This document shows, piece after piece, positions 51,642-61,352 of a DNA stretch of 64,000 bases. This DNA comes from Heterodontus francisci. Lineage: Eukaryota. The DNA is taken from positions 115,677,593 to 115,741,592 of the forward strand of contig NC_090378.1 of NCBI RefSeq assembly GCF_036365525.1, written 5' to 3'. Position 1 is the first letter of the stretch; each line of letters begins with the position of its first letter. The notes under the pieces were generated by a model, which saw only the letters and a program-made list of their open reading frames with translations, searched no databases and was not told where the DNA came from. Made by a program: the position numbers and the translations under genes.

Positions 51642-54600
51642 TATTTTTATTTCCAAGGTGGCCTTGATACCCAAGGCCCCTTTTATATATTCTATGTCGA
51701 GGGGGCCTTTATTCCTCAGGCCCCCTTTATAAACATACTTATATATTTTTTAATAACTTTATTAAAACCAGAAATAAACAAAAACTCAAATTAAAATGCC
51801 ATTCTCGGCGTCGACAATGCACTCCAGTCCCTGCGGTGCCCACCGGTCGCGGAAGGCCTCAAGCGTACCGGCGGACACCGCATGCTCCTTTTCCAGGGAC
51901 ACCCGGGCGCGAACGTAACCGCGGAAGAGGGGCAGGCAATCGGGGAGGACGGAACCCCCGATGGCCCGCAACCTGGACCTGTGAATTGCCACCTTGGCCA
52001 GGCCCAGGAGCAGACCGACGAGGAGATCCTCCTCCCGGCCCAAGCCCCTCCGCACCGGGTGCCCAAAGATCAGGAGCGTGGGACTGAAGTGCAGCCAGAA
52101 TTTGAGGAGCAGCCCCTTCAGATACTCAAAGAGGGGCTGCAACCTCGCACACTCCGTATAAACGTGGAAAACGGACTCGTCCAGGCCGCAGAAAGTACAG
52201 GCGGCCTGGGAGTCCGTGAACCTACTTAAAAGTCTATTGCACGGGACTGCTCTGCGCAGCACCCTCCATCCCAGGTCCCCGATGTAAATGGGGAAGACTC
52301 CCGCGTAGAGAGACCTCCATCGGGGTTTCCCCTCGCCGCCAGATGGCAACGCGGACCGCCAGGGCGTGTCCGGCCGGCTGACGAGGGCGAGGAAGTGGAG
52401 AGTGTGCAGGAGCAGCCCGTACAGGAAACCCCTCCGCACCGATTGGAATGGCACGGAGGGCATTTCCGAGAGGCGGCTCGGGTTGTGCGGGACCGGCTCC
52501 CAAGGAGGGACTCGGGGCCTGGGTCCGATGAGCAGTTCCGGCCAAGCGGGGGTCAGCTCGGCCGGGTTCGCTCCGCACTCCCGAGCCCCCTCGCAACCCG
52601 CAGTGAGGGGCGTCCCGGGGGTTTCGGCTACTCCTCCGCCCGCCGGACCGTCCCCGGAGTCGGCTGCCCGGACGGCCGAGGCGCTCTCCTCCGCCGGCAG
52701 TGGAGCGCCCTGACTGGAGGCGACCATGTTCCAGACTCGGAAAAGATCCCGGTAAAAGACAGGCAACTCCCTCAGAGAGGCGCGGCTAACATACTCCACC
52801 GGGAGCTGCGTGTCGTCTTGAAGGCAGTGACACTGGCGGAAAAAATACGTCGCCAGTGCACACCATCTGGGAGGACGATCGACGTACAAGTATCTCTGCA
52901 GGGTCCGAAGGCGGAGAGTCGCAGCCTGGGTGCGGACGCACACCAGCGACTGACCGCCCTCCTCAATCGGGAGACTCAGGACCGCGGCAGAGACCCAGTG
53001 TTTCCTCTTGCCCCAGAGGAAATCGACGAGTTTCTTCTGGATCTTGGTGGCAAATACAGGGGGCGGGGCCAAAGTGACCAACCGGTACCACAACATGGAG
53101 GCCACCAGTTGGTTTATGACCAACGCTCGGCCCCTGTAGGAAAGCACTCGGAGCATTCCTGTCCAGCGCCCCAGCCGAGCGGTGACTTTCGCCTCCAACT
53201 CCTGCCAGTTTGCAGGCCAGGCTTCCTCAGCGGGGCTAAGGTGGACTCCCAGATAGAGGAGGTGCGTGGTGCTCCACGCAAAAGGTGTCATCTCCTCCGG
53301 CAGGGAGTCCACCCGCCACTGACCCACTAGGAGTCCGTAACATTTCTCCCAGTTGATCCTCGCAGAGGACGTGGCAGAAAAGGTCTGCTGGCAGTCGCGC
53401 ACCCTCCGCAAGTCAACGGGATCTGTGATTGCGAGGAGCACGTCGTCGGTGTAAGCCGAGAGGACGACCCGCATGGCCGGCTCGCGCAGAGCCAATCCCG
53501 TCAACCTCCTGCGAAGCAGGCACAGGAAGGGCTCCACGCAGATGGTATACAATTGGCCGGACATGGGGCATCCCTGACGCACTCCTCTCCCAAAGCGAAC
53601 GGGCGCCGTCAAGGACCCGTTAACTTTGACTAGACACTCTGCGGCGGCGTATAAAAGTCGGACCCAGGCCAAAAAACGAGTCCCGAAATCGCTCGTCCTC
53701 CAGCAGCCGGTTGTTAAAGTGTCGGTACGCGGACCCCGCCCGCGTGCGGAGCGGCGTGAACTCAGACCACACCAAGCGGTGGTCCGAGCACGGCACCAGC
53801 CGCATGGAGGCCATTGAGACGCGGGAGGCGTACGCCTGCGAAATGTAGAGGCGGTCGATTCGCGACCCTCCTCTTCCAGACCTCCACGTGAAGGCGCTGG
53901 AGGCGGGATGGAGATTCCGCCAGACGTCCACCAAGTTAAGGGAGCTGATCAGTCCCCTCAACTTCTCCACCGACGCTTGGCCGTGCTGGGGACCGGAGCG
54001 ATCCCCCACCTCGAGGGTGCAGTTAAAATCCCCCCCGAGGATGATGCACTCGCCGCTATCGATGGAGCTCAAGAGAGCGGACACTTCTTCAAAGTAGCAC
54101 GCTTGCAACGCGCTAGGCCTGGGCGCGTGCACATTCACAAAGTGGAGCGGCACGCTACCCAGGCGAACGGCAAGGTGGAGCAAGCGGCCCGGCACTAGCT
54201 CCTTGACCCCCAAGATCTCCGGCTGAAAAGTCGGGGCCAACAAGATAGCCACCCCACTAGAAATAGGGGTGAGGTGACTTATGTAGACCCCACCCTGCCA
54301 CTCCAGGAGCCAGGTGGCTTCGTCTCCCGGAACGGTGTGGGTTTCCTGCAAAAAGCTCACCGCGTATCTCCCTTCCCTGAGGACTGAGAGATTGTGAAAT
54401 CTGCGGTGAGACCCCCTGCTGCCGTTGATGTTGAGGCTGGCTATGGTTATCTTCATGTCAAAGGTACTTAAAACCCGTCACCAACAGCTCACTGTGAGGA
54501 GGGAGTGGAAGTGCACCTGGCCTTCCACTCCCCCAGCAACCCATTGAGGAACACATTAAACCGGCGCCTCTCGACCAGTTTCACGCCCGCGCGCTTGCCC

Positions 54601-57148
54601 GCTTTCATAAGGGCGGCACGGACGGACTGGATGATCAGCGCCAGATTCGACCAACGGTCGAGGGCCAGCTGAACTTTATTGTGGCAACCCCTGCAAATCG
54701 CGAGGAAATCCCGGAGTTCCGTCGTAGGGATGAGGGGAGATTCGGTGGGAGGCATGAGGGACTCCACCACCTCACTGGCGATGGAATCAAGGTCATCCTC
54801 CGTGCCCCACACCGAATCCCCAGCCTCCTCCGGGTCGTCACCGCCAGCGGCCGACACATCCACCACACACTGTGGGGCGGACGTCCTGGCTGCACCAGCT
54901 GGTCCTGCCTCCGTCACGATCCCACCCCCAGGATCGATGGCGGAGGAGTCCTCTCTGGGTTCTACTGTGAAACTGGAGCCTGTGGGCGCCAGCAGTTCAG
55001 GACCCCCCTCTACCTCCGTCCCCAGGCCAATGAGTGGTCCAGGGGAGACAGAAGTTCCCGACTCCGGAAATCCAGCCGGAGCCGAGACCGGAGGCGGAGA
55101 GAGGAGGCCATCTCCCGCTCCGCCAGCACCCACAGGCCCAGCTGATGGGACAGCATTCTCGGTTATAACCGGGTCGGGTGTCTCCTGGTTGGTGGTGGAC
55201 TCCGGCTGGGAGGGCCGACCCTCTGGGGCCTCGCCCTCCCCTTCACTCAGGGCACCCGACCCAGTAGCAGTGGCAGAATCTGCCGCGTCCTCAGGCTCCC
55301 CCACCACAAGCAGGGCCCCACTTACTCCTTCAGGAGGGGCCTCATGTACCGGGGCCTTCCCCTCCCCTGCATCCTGAGGAATAGGGTGCTCCTGCCCGGA
55401 CTCTGTAGCCTTGGTGGTGGCGGTAGGGGAAACCTGGGGACCCGAAACAGGAGACAGCTCCCCTCCAACAGATGGGCCCTGCGCCTCAGGGCCCCTCGTT
55501 ACCTCTGTGGAGGGGTGCCTTCTCCTCTTTTTACCACCAGGGCGCAGAGGCTCAGAGACCTCCATGTCATTAGAGGCCTCCGCCTCCGCACCCTCCTTTT
55601 TTTTAGTCACCCTGGGCCTGAGCTCAGCCCTGGGACAGGTGGATTCCGTGACAACGGGCTTTGGGCTGAGCTCAGGCTCGGGTTGTTTCAATGTGTCCAG
55701 GGAACGCGCCTCTTGATGTTTCTTTTGCCTCCGCGTCTTCTTTCCACTCTGACGGGCACTCCCCTCCCCGCTGGAGGCTGTGAAAACCACAGCCTCCAGA
55801 ACCGACTGAGCGGTGTCTGTTAGATTGGTGAGGGGAGTGGGAGGAGGTACTGTGGAACCACCCTGGGCCGCCGAGGTGGAGCTGGCGGCCGGGAGGTTGG
55901 GGCAGTTCTTACGAACATGCCCCACACCTTTGCAGACGTGGCACCGCGCCCCGTCCGAGGTCCAAAAGACGCGGTCGGCCGTCCCCTGGAACTCCACATT
56001 AAATTGGCCTTCCGAGTCCTCCTCCTGCGCCAGCTACATAAATAACTGGCGGCGGAAGGAGTAGTTGGAGGCTGTGTTCCCGAAGACCAAGCCGGACTGG
56101 GGTCTTCCCCGATCTCACCTCCCCCATGTGGTGCAGGTGGGGAAGGAGGAACTCACTGGGAATAAAGGGCGGGACGTTTGATAACATTATCCGCTGCGCA
56201 GTGGCCCCTAGAGGGTCCACCGGCAGGAAAGTCCCACCCACAGTGAGCCCTTTATTCAGGGCCAGGGACACAGCCCGCTTGGTCTTCAGGAAGAACATAG
56301 CCTTCCCGTACATTTTTGAGGCTGCCACAATGGCCGAGGGGCCGACAACCTCGACCATTGCCTTTACACAGGCCTCTATAGACATATTGGGGTGGGGATA
56401 GCTCTTTACCCCATGGCTTGAAGTAATTAATTTAAAAGGTGACGGGGCCACACGGGCGGCCACAGAGGCTACAGCCGCATCGGTATGAGAAGGCCCCGCC
56501 ACCGGTGATGATGGGCTTGCCATGGCTCAAGAGCCAAACCCACCCCCAAATTGCAGGCAAGCAAACAAACAAACCAACTAGGAGGTTTGGGGAGAGGCTG
56601 AGGGTATACAGGAAATTGGAAAGACAGGCTGCAAGCGATGACTTTGCTTTTTTTTTCTCCTTAAAGGGTGGTACTCAGAGCACTGTAAACACTCCTGGTC
56701 TTCCGGTCTTTCGGTCTTCTGGTTGTGGGAGGGGTCTTCACCTGGGTCAGCCGAAAGCTGCCCAGGCTCTCGTTCAATCTTTATGTCTCTGTGGCCAGGC
56801 AGCTTCAGCTGACCCAGGCTGGGCAATTAGGGTGGGGAGGGAGCTTCCTTGTGTATTCAGTGTAATTGCACAGCTCCCTATAGTATTGTACAGCCCCCAC
56901 CCCTTGTTGTTCCGGCCTCTTCCACCTCCCACAACGCTCCAAATGAAATGAAAGTTTGGTGCTCGACACCCACCTCGAAATACAGCTTTTTTGTCCAAGT
57001 CTTTCCTCTGCAGCAAAGGCTGTTGAAAGGTTTTTTGCAGTTCCTTCCTCAGCACTCCCTCTCCAGCAGCACCTCCAGCAACTGACTGCAGCACTATCAG
57101 CTGCACCTCGTTGAGGCACTCAGTATTCCCAATCACCGAGGAGCCAAT
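51642..57148 (-). mobile_element. Tx1-clade LINE copy B, both ends present but defective
   Basis: 5' end ATTGGCT. ORF1 (56523-54489) has a 5-bp deletion near 56064. ORF2 (54456-51786) has a ~1.07-kb internal deletion at ~53673 and YADD changed to YTDD. 3' UTR and A-rich tail present. Confidence 0.95.
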
Positions 57149-57153
57149 CCCCG

Positions 57154-57372
57154 TTTTTTTTTTTAACTTTGCAAAACATAGCTTTATTTGTCGTGCAGAT
57201 ACACCGACAGTTTATGCAGTGCTGGAGGAAGCCATTGCGGTGCGTCTGGGCTTTGGGGTGGTCCCTTCACGGAATCCATTCCTGAATCTGCGATACACCA
57301 CCTTCAAGTGCCTCATGCGGCCTGTACCAGTTGTATTTCTCCTTTTGGCTTTAGTACTCCAGTTGTACTTCC
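57154..57372 (-). pseudogene. RPL37: 5'-truncated processed pseudogene of 60S ribosomal protein L37
   Basis: 57370-57212 translates [52 protein letters not shown] (C-terminal half of eL37). AATAAA at 57183-57188, A11 tail at 57154-57164, flanking TCCCCG duplication. Too short to appear in the ORF track. Confidence 0.95.
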
Positions 57373-57395
57373 CCGTTTTTTTTTAATTTTATTTT

Positions 57396-57440
57396 ATGGG
57401 GGACAGTGTAGAGGGAGCTTGACTCTGTATCTAACACCCG
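57396..57440. repeat. ~68-bp target repeat, partial unit 3
   Basis: ATGGGGGACAGTGTAGAGGGAGCTTGACTCTGTATCTAACACCCG followed by the T9 tail of copy C. Confidence 0.9.
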
Positions 57441-57582
57441 TTTTTTTTTAAGGTGACCTTTATACCCCAGGCCCCTTTTATATATTTTTTGTCGAGGGGG
57501 CCTTTATTCCTCAGGCCCCCTTTATATACACGCTTATATTTTTAAAATAACTTTATTAAAACCAGATAAATAAAGAAAAAAC

Positions 57583-60500
57583 TCAAATTAAAATGCCATT
57601 CTCGGCGTCGACAATGCGCTCCAGTCCCTGCGGTGCCCACCGGTCGCGGAAGGCCTCAAGCGCACCGGCGGACACCGCATGCTCCTTTTCCAGGGACACC
57701 CGGGCGCGAACGTAACCGCGGAAGAGGGGCAGGCAATCGGGGAGGACGGAACCCCCGACGGCCCGCAACCTGGACCTGTGAATTGCCACCTTGGCCAGGC
57801 CCAGGAGCAGACCGACGAGGAGATCCTCCTCCCGGCCCAAGCCCCTCCGCACCGGGTGCCCAAAGATCAGGAGCGTGGGACTGAAGTGCAGCCAGAATTT
57901 GAGGAGCAGCCCCTTCAGATACTCAAATAGGGGCTGCAACCTCGCACACTCCGTATAAATGTGGAACACGGACTCGTCCAGGCCGCAGAAAGTACAGGTG
58001 GCCTGGGAGACCATGAACCTACTTAAAAGCCGATTGCACGGGACTGCTCTGTGCAGCACCCTCCACCCCAGGTCCCCGATGTAAAGGGGGAAGACTCCTG
58101 CGTAGAGAGACCTCCATCGGGGTTTCCCCTCGCCGCCAGATGGCAACGCGGACCGCCAGGGCGTGTCCGGCCGGCTGACGAGGTCGAGGAAGTGGAGAGT
58201 GTGCAGGAGCAGCCCGTACAGGAAACCCCTCCGCGCCGATTGGAATGGCACGGAGGGCATTTCCAAGAGGCAGCTCGGGTTGTGCGGGACCGGCTCCCGA
58301 GGAGGGTTTCGGGGCCTGGGTCCGATGAGCAGTTCCGGCCGAGGTGACACCCGCTCGGCCGGGATCGCCCCGCACTCCCGAACCCCCTCGCCACCTGCAG
58401 TGAGGGGCGTCCCGGGGGTTTCGGCTACTCCTCCGCCCGCCGGACCGTCCCCGGAGTCGACCGCCCGGACAGCCGAGGCGCTCCCCTCCGCCGGCGGGGG
58501 AGCGCCCTGACTGGAGGCGACCATGTTCCAGACTCGGAATAGATCCCAGTAAAAGACAGGCAACTCCCTCAGAGAGGCGCAGCTAACGGACTCCACCGGG
58601 AGCTGCGTGTCGTCTTGAAGGCAGTGACACTGGCGGAAAAAATACGTCGCCAGCGCACACCATCTGGGAGGACGCTCGACGTACAGGTATCTCTGCAGGG
58701 TCCGAAGGCGGAGAGACGCAGCCTGGGTGCGGACGCACACCAGCGACTGACCGCCCTCCTCGATCGGGAGACTCAGGACCGCGGCAGAGACCCAGTGTTT
58801 CCTCTTGCCCCAGAAGAAATCGACGAGTTTCTTCTGGATCTTGGTGGCAAATACAGGGGGCGGGGCCAAAGTGACCAACCGGTACCACAGCATGGATGCC
58901 ACCAGTTGGTTTATGACCAACGCTCGGCCCCTGTAGGAAAGCACTCGGAGCAGTCCTGTCCAGCGCCCCAGCCGAGCGGTGACTTTCGCCTCCAACTCCT
59001 GCCAGTTTGCCGGCCAGGCTTCCTCAGCGGGGCTAAGGTGGACTCCCAGATAGAGGAGGTGCGTGGTACTCCACGCAAAAGGTGTCATCTCCTCCGGCTG
59101 GGAGTCCACCCGCCACTGACCAACCAGGAGTCCGGAACATTTCTCCCAATTGATCCTCGCGGAGGACGCGGCAGAAAAGGTCTGCTGGCAGTCGCGCATC
59201 CTCCGCAAGTCAACGGGATCTGTGATTGCGAGGAGCACGTCGTCGGCGTAAGCCGAGAGGACGACCCGCATGGCCGGCTCGCGCAGAGCCAATCCCGTCA
59301 ACCTCCTGCGAAGCAGGCACAGGAAGGGCTCCACGCAGATGGTATACAATTGGCCGGACATGGGGTACCCCTGACGCACTCCTCTCCCAAATCGAAGGGG
59401 CGCCGTCAAGGACCCGTTAACTTTGACTAGACACTCTGCGGCGGCGTATAAAAGTCGGACCCAGGCCACAAAATGCGGCCCGAGTCCGAAAGCGCGCAGA
59501 GTCCCGAAAAGATAATCGTGATCCACCCTGTCGAACGCCTTCTCCTGATCGAGGGAGAGAAAGGCGACCGACTGACCAGTCCTCTGGGAAAGATGGATCA
59601 GGTCCCGGACCAGGTGGATGTTGTCCTGGATGGACCGGCCCGGGACCGTGTAGGACTGGTCGGGGTGGATCATGTGGGCCAGCACGGAGCCCAGGCGGGT
59701 AGACATAGCCCGGGCAAAGATCTTATAATCCGTGCTGAGGAGGGAGACCGGACGGCAGTTTTTAAGGAGGCGGAGATCGCCCCTCTTCGGCAGCAGGACG
59801 ATGACCGCCCTGCGCCACGAGAGGGGCATCTCCCCGGTCGCCAGGCTTTCCCCCAGGACCCGCGCGTAATCGTCCCCCAGGACGTCCCAGAACGCCCTGA
59901 GGAACTCCACGGTCAACCCATCCAGCCCTGGGGATTTGCCCCTCGAGAGCTGGTGGAGGGCACCAGTCAGTTCCGCCAACGTGAGCGGAGCCTCCAATCC
60001 TTCGGCGCTCTCATGGCTGACCTGCGGCAGGTCCTCCCACAAAACTCTGCGCGCATCCTCGCTGGACGGATCCGGAGAGAACAACGCACTGTAATAAGTC
60101 CGGACCAGGAGGCCCATTCCCTCCGGATCCATGATGGAGGATCCGTCGTCGGCCAGCAGCTCGACGAGCTGCTTACGGACCCCCCGCCATTTTTCCAGCG
60201 AGTAGAAGAAGGGTGAGGCGCGGTCCAAATCTTCCAGGATCTGGATCCGCAACCTCACGTACGCGCCTCGGGACCCTATGAGCTGCAGTTCCCTCAGCGC
60301 GCCCTTCTTCTCTTTGTACACCTGCCACAGGGCCGGGTCCACGACGGCATGACCGAGGCGGGACTCCAAGTCGAGCACCTCCCTCTCAAGGCGCCCGATC
60401 TCGGCTTCCCGCCTCTTGGTCGACCCCTTCGCGTACTCCTGACAGAAGACGCGGATGTGAGTCTTGCCCACATCCCACCATAGCCTCAAGGAGGGGAAGC

Positions 60501-61320
60501 CCCCCTGCTTCCTTCCCCCGTCGGCCCAGAATCGACAGAACGAGTCCCGAAATCGCACGTCCTCCAGCAGCCGGTTGTTAAAGTGCCAGTACGCGGACCC
60601 CGCCCGCGTGCGGAGCGGAGTGAACTCCGACCACACCAGGCGGTGGTCCGAGCACGGCACCAGCCGCATGGAGGCCGCCGAAACGCGGGAGACGTACGCC
60701 TGCGAAATGTAGAGGCGGTCGATTCGCGACCCCCCTCCTCCAGACCTCCACGTGAAGGCGCTGGAGTCGGGATGGAGATTCCGCCAGACGTCCACCAAGT
60801 TAAGGGAGCTGATCAGTCCCCTCAACTTCTCCACCGACGCTTGGCCGCGCTGGGGACCGGAGCGATCCCCCACCTCGAGGGTGCAGTTAAAATCCCCCCC
60901 GAGGATGATGCACTCGCCGCTATCGATGGAGCTCAAGAGAGCGGACACTTCTTCAAAGAAGCGCGCTTGCAACGCGCCGGGCCTGGGCGCGTACACATTC
61001 ACAAAGTGGAGCGGCACGCTACCCAGGCGAACGGCGAGGTGGAGCAAGCGGCCCGGCACTAGCTCCTTGACCCCCAAGATCTCTGGCTGAAAAGTCGGGG
61101 CCAACAAGATAGCCACCCCACTAGAAATAGGGGTGAGGTGACTCATGTAGACCCCACCCTGCCACTCCAGGAGCCAGGTGGCTTCGTCTCCCGGAACGGT
61201 GTGGGTTTCCTGCAGAAAGCTCACCGCGTATCTCCCTTCCCTAAGGACTGAGAGATTGTGAAATCTGCGGTGAGCCCCTCTGCTGCCGTTGATGTTGAGG
61301 CTGGCTATGGTTATCTTCAT
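57583..61320 (-). CDS. Tx1 ORF2p, 1245 aa: APE endonuclease, reverse transcriptase, C-terminal CCHC
   Basis: SLNING, LQETH, GGDFN, RIDR, SDH; SPGLDGL, DQEKAFD, RQG, YADD; CTFCGLDESVFHIYTEC. Confidence 0.96.
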   Translation of the reverse strand: MKITIASLNINGSRGAHRRFHNLSVLREGRYAVSFLQETHTVPGDEATWLLEWQGGVYMSHLTPISSGVAILLAPTFQPEILGVKELVPGRLLHLAVRLGSVPLHFVNVYAPRPGALQARFFEEVSALLSSIDSGECIILGGDFNCTLEVGDRSGPQRGQASVEKLRGLISSLNLVDVWRNLHPDSSAFTWRSGGGGSRIDRLYISQAYVSRVSAASMRLVPCSDHRLVWSEFTPLRTRAGSAYWHFNNRLLEDVRFRDSFCRFWADGGRKQGGFPSLRLWWDVGKTHIRVFCQEYAKGSTKRREAEIGRLEREVLDLESRLGHAVVDPALWQVYKEKKGALRELQLIGSRGAYVRLRIQILEDLDRASPFFYSLEKWRGVRKQLVELLADDGSSIMDPEGMGLLVRTYYSALFSPDPSSEDARRVLWEDLPQVSHESAEGLEAPLTLAELTGALHQLSRGKSPGLDGLTVEFLRAFWDVLGDDYARVLGESLATGEMPLSWRRAVIVLLPKRGDLRLLKNCRPVSLLSTDYKIFARAMSTRLGSVLAHMIHPDQSYTVPGRSIQDNIHLVRDLIHLSQRTGQSVAFLSLDQEKAFDRVDHDYLFGTLRAFGLGPHFVAWVRLLYAAAECLVKVNGSLTAPLRFGRGVRQGYPMSGQLYTICVEPFLCLLRRRLTGLALREPAMRVVLSAYADDVLLAITDPVDLRRMRDCQQTFSAASSARINWEKCSGLLVGQWRVDSQPEEMTPFAWSTTHLLYLGVHLSPAEEAWPANWQELEAKVTARLGRWTGLLRVLSYRGRALVINQLVASMLWYRLVTLAPPPVFATKIQKKLVDFFWGKRKHWVSAAVLSLPIEEGGQSLVCVRTQAASLRLRTLQRYLYVERPPRWCALATYFFRQCHCLQDDTQLPVESVSCASLRELPVFYWDLFRVWNMVASSQGAPPPAEGSASAVRAVDSGDGPAGGGVAETPGTPLTAGGEGVRECGAIPAERVSPRPELLIGPRPRNPPREPVPHNPSCLLEMPSVPFQSARRGFLYGLLLHTLHFLDLVSRPDTPWRSALPSGGEGKPRWRSLYAGVFPLYIGDLGWRVLHRAVPCNRLLSRFMVSQATCTFCGLDESVFHIYTECARLQPLFEYLKGLLLKFWLHFSPTLLIFGHPVRRGLGREEDLLVGLLLGLAKVAIHRSRLRAVGGSVLPDCLPLFRGYVRARVSLEKEHAVSAGALEAFRDRWAPQGLERIVDAENGILI

Positions 61321-61352
61321 GTAAAAGGTACTTAAAACCCTTCACAAACACC

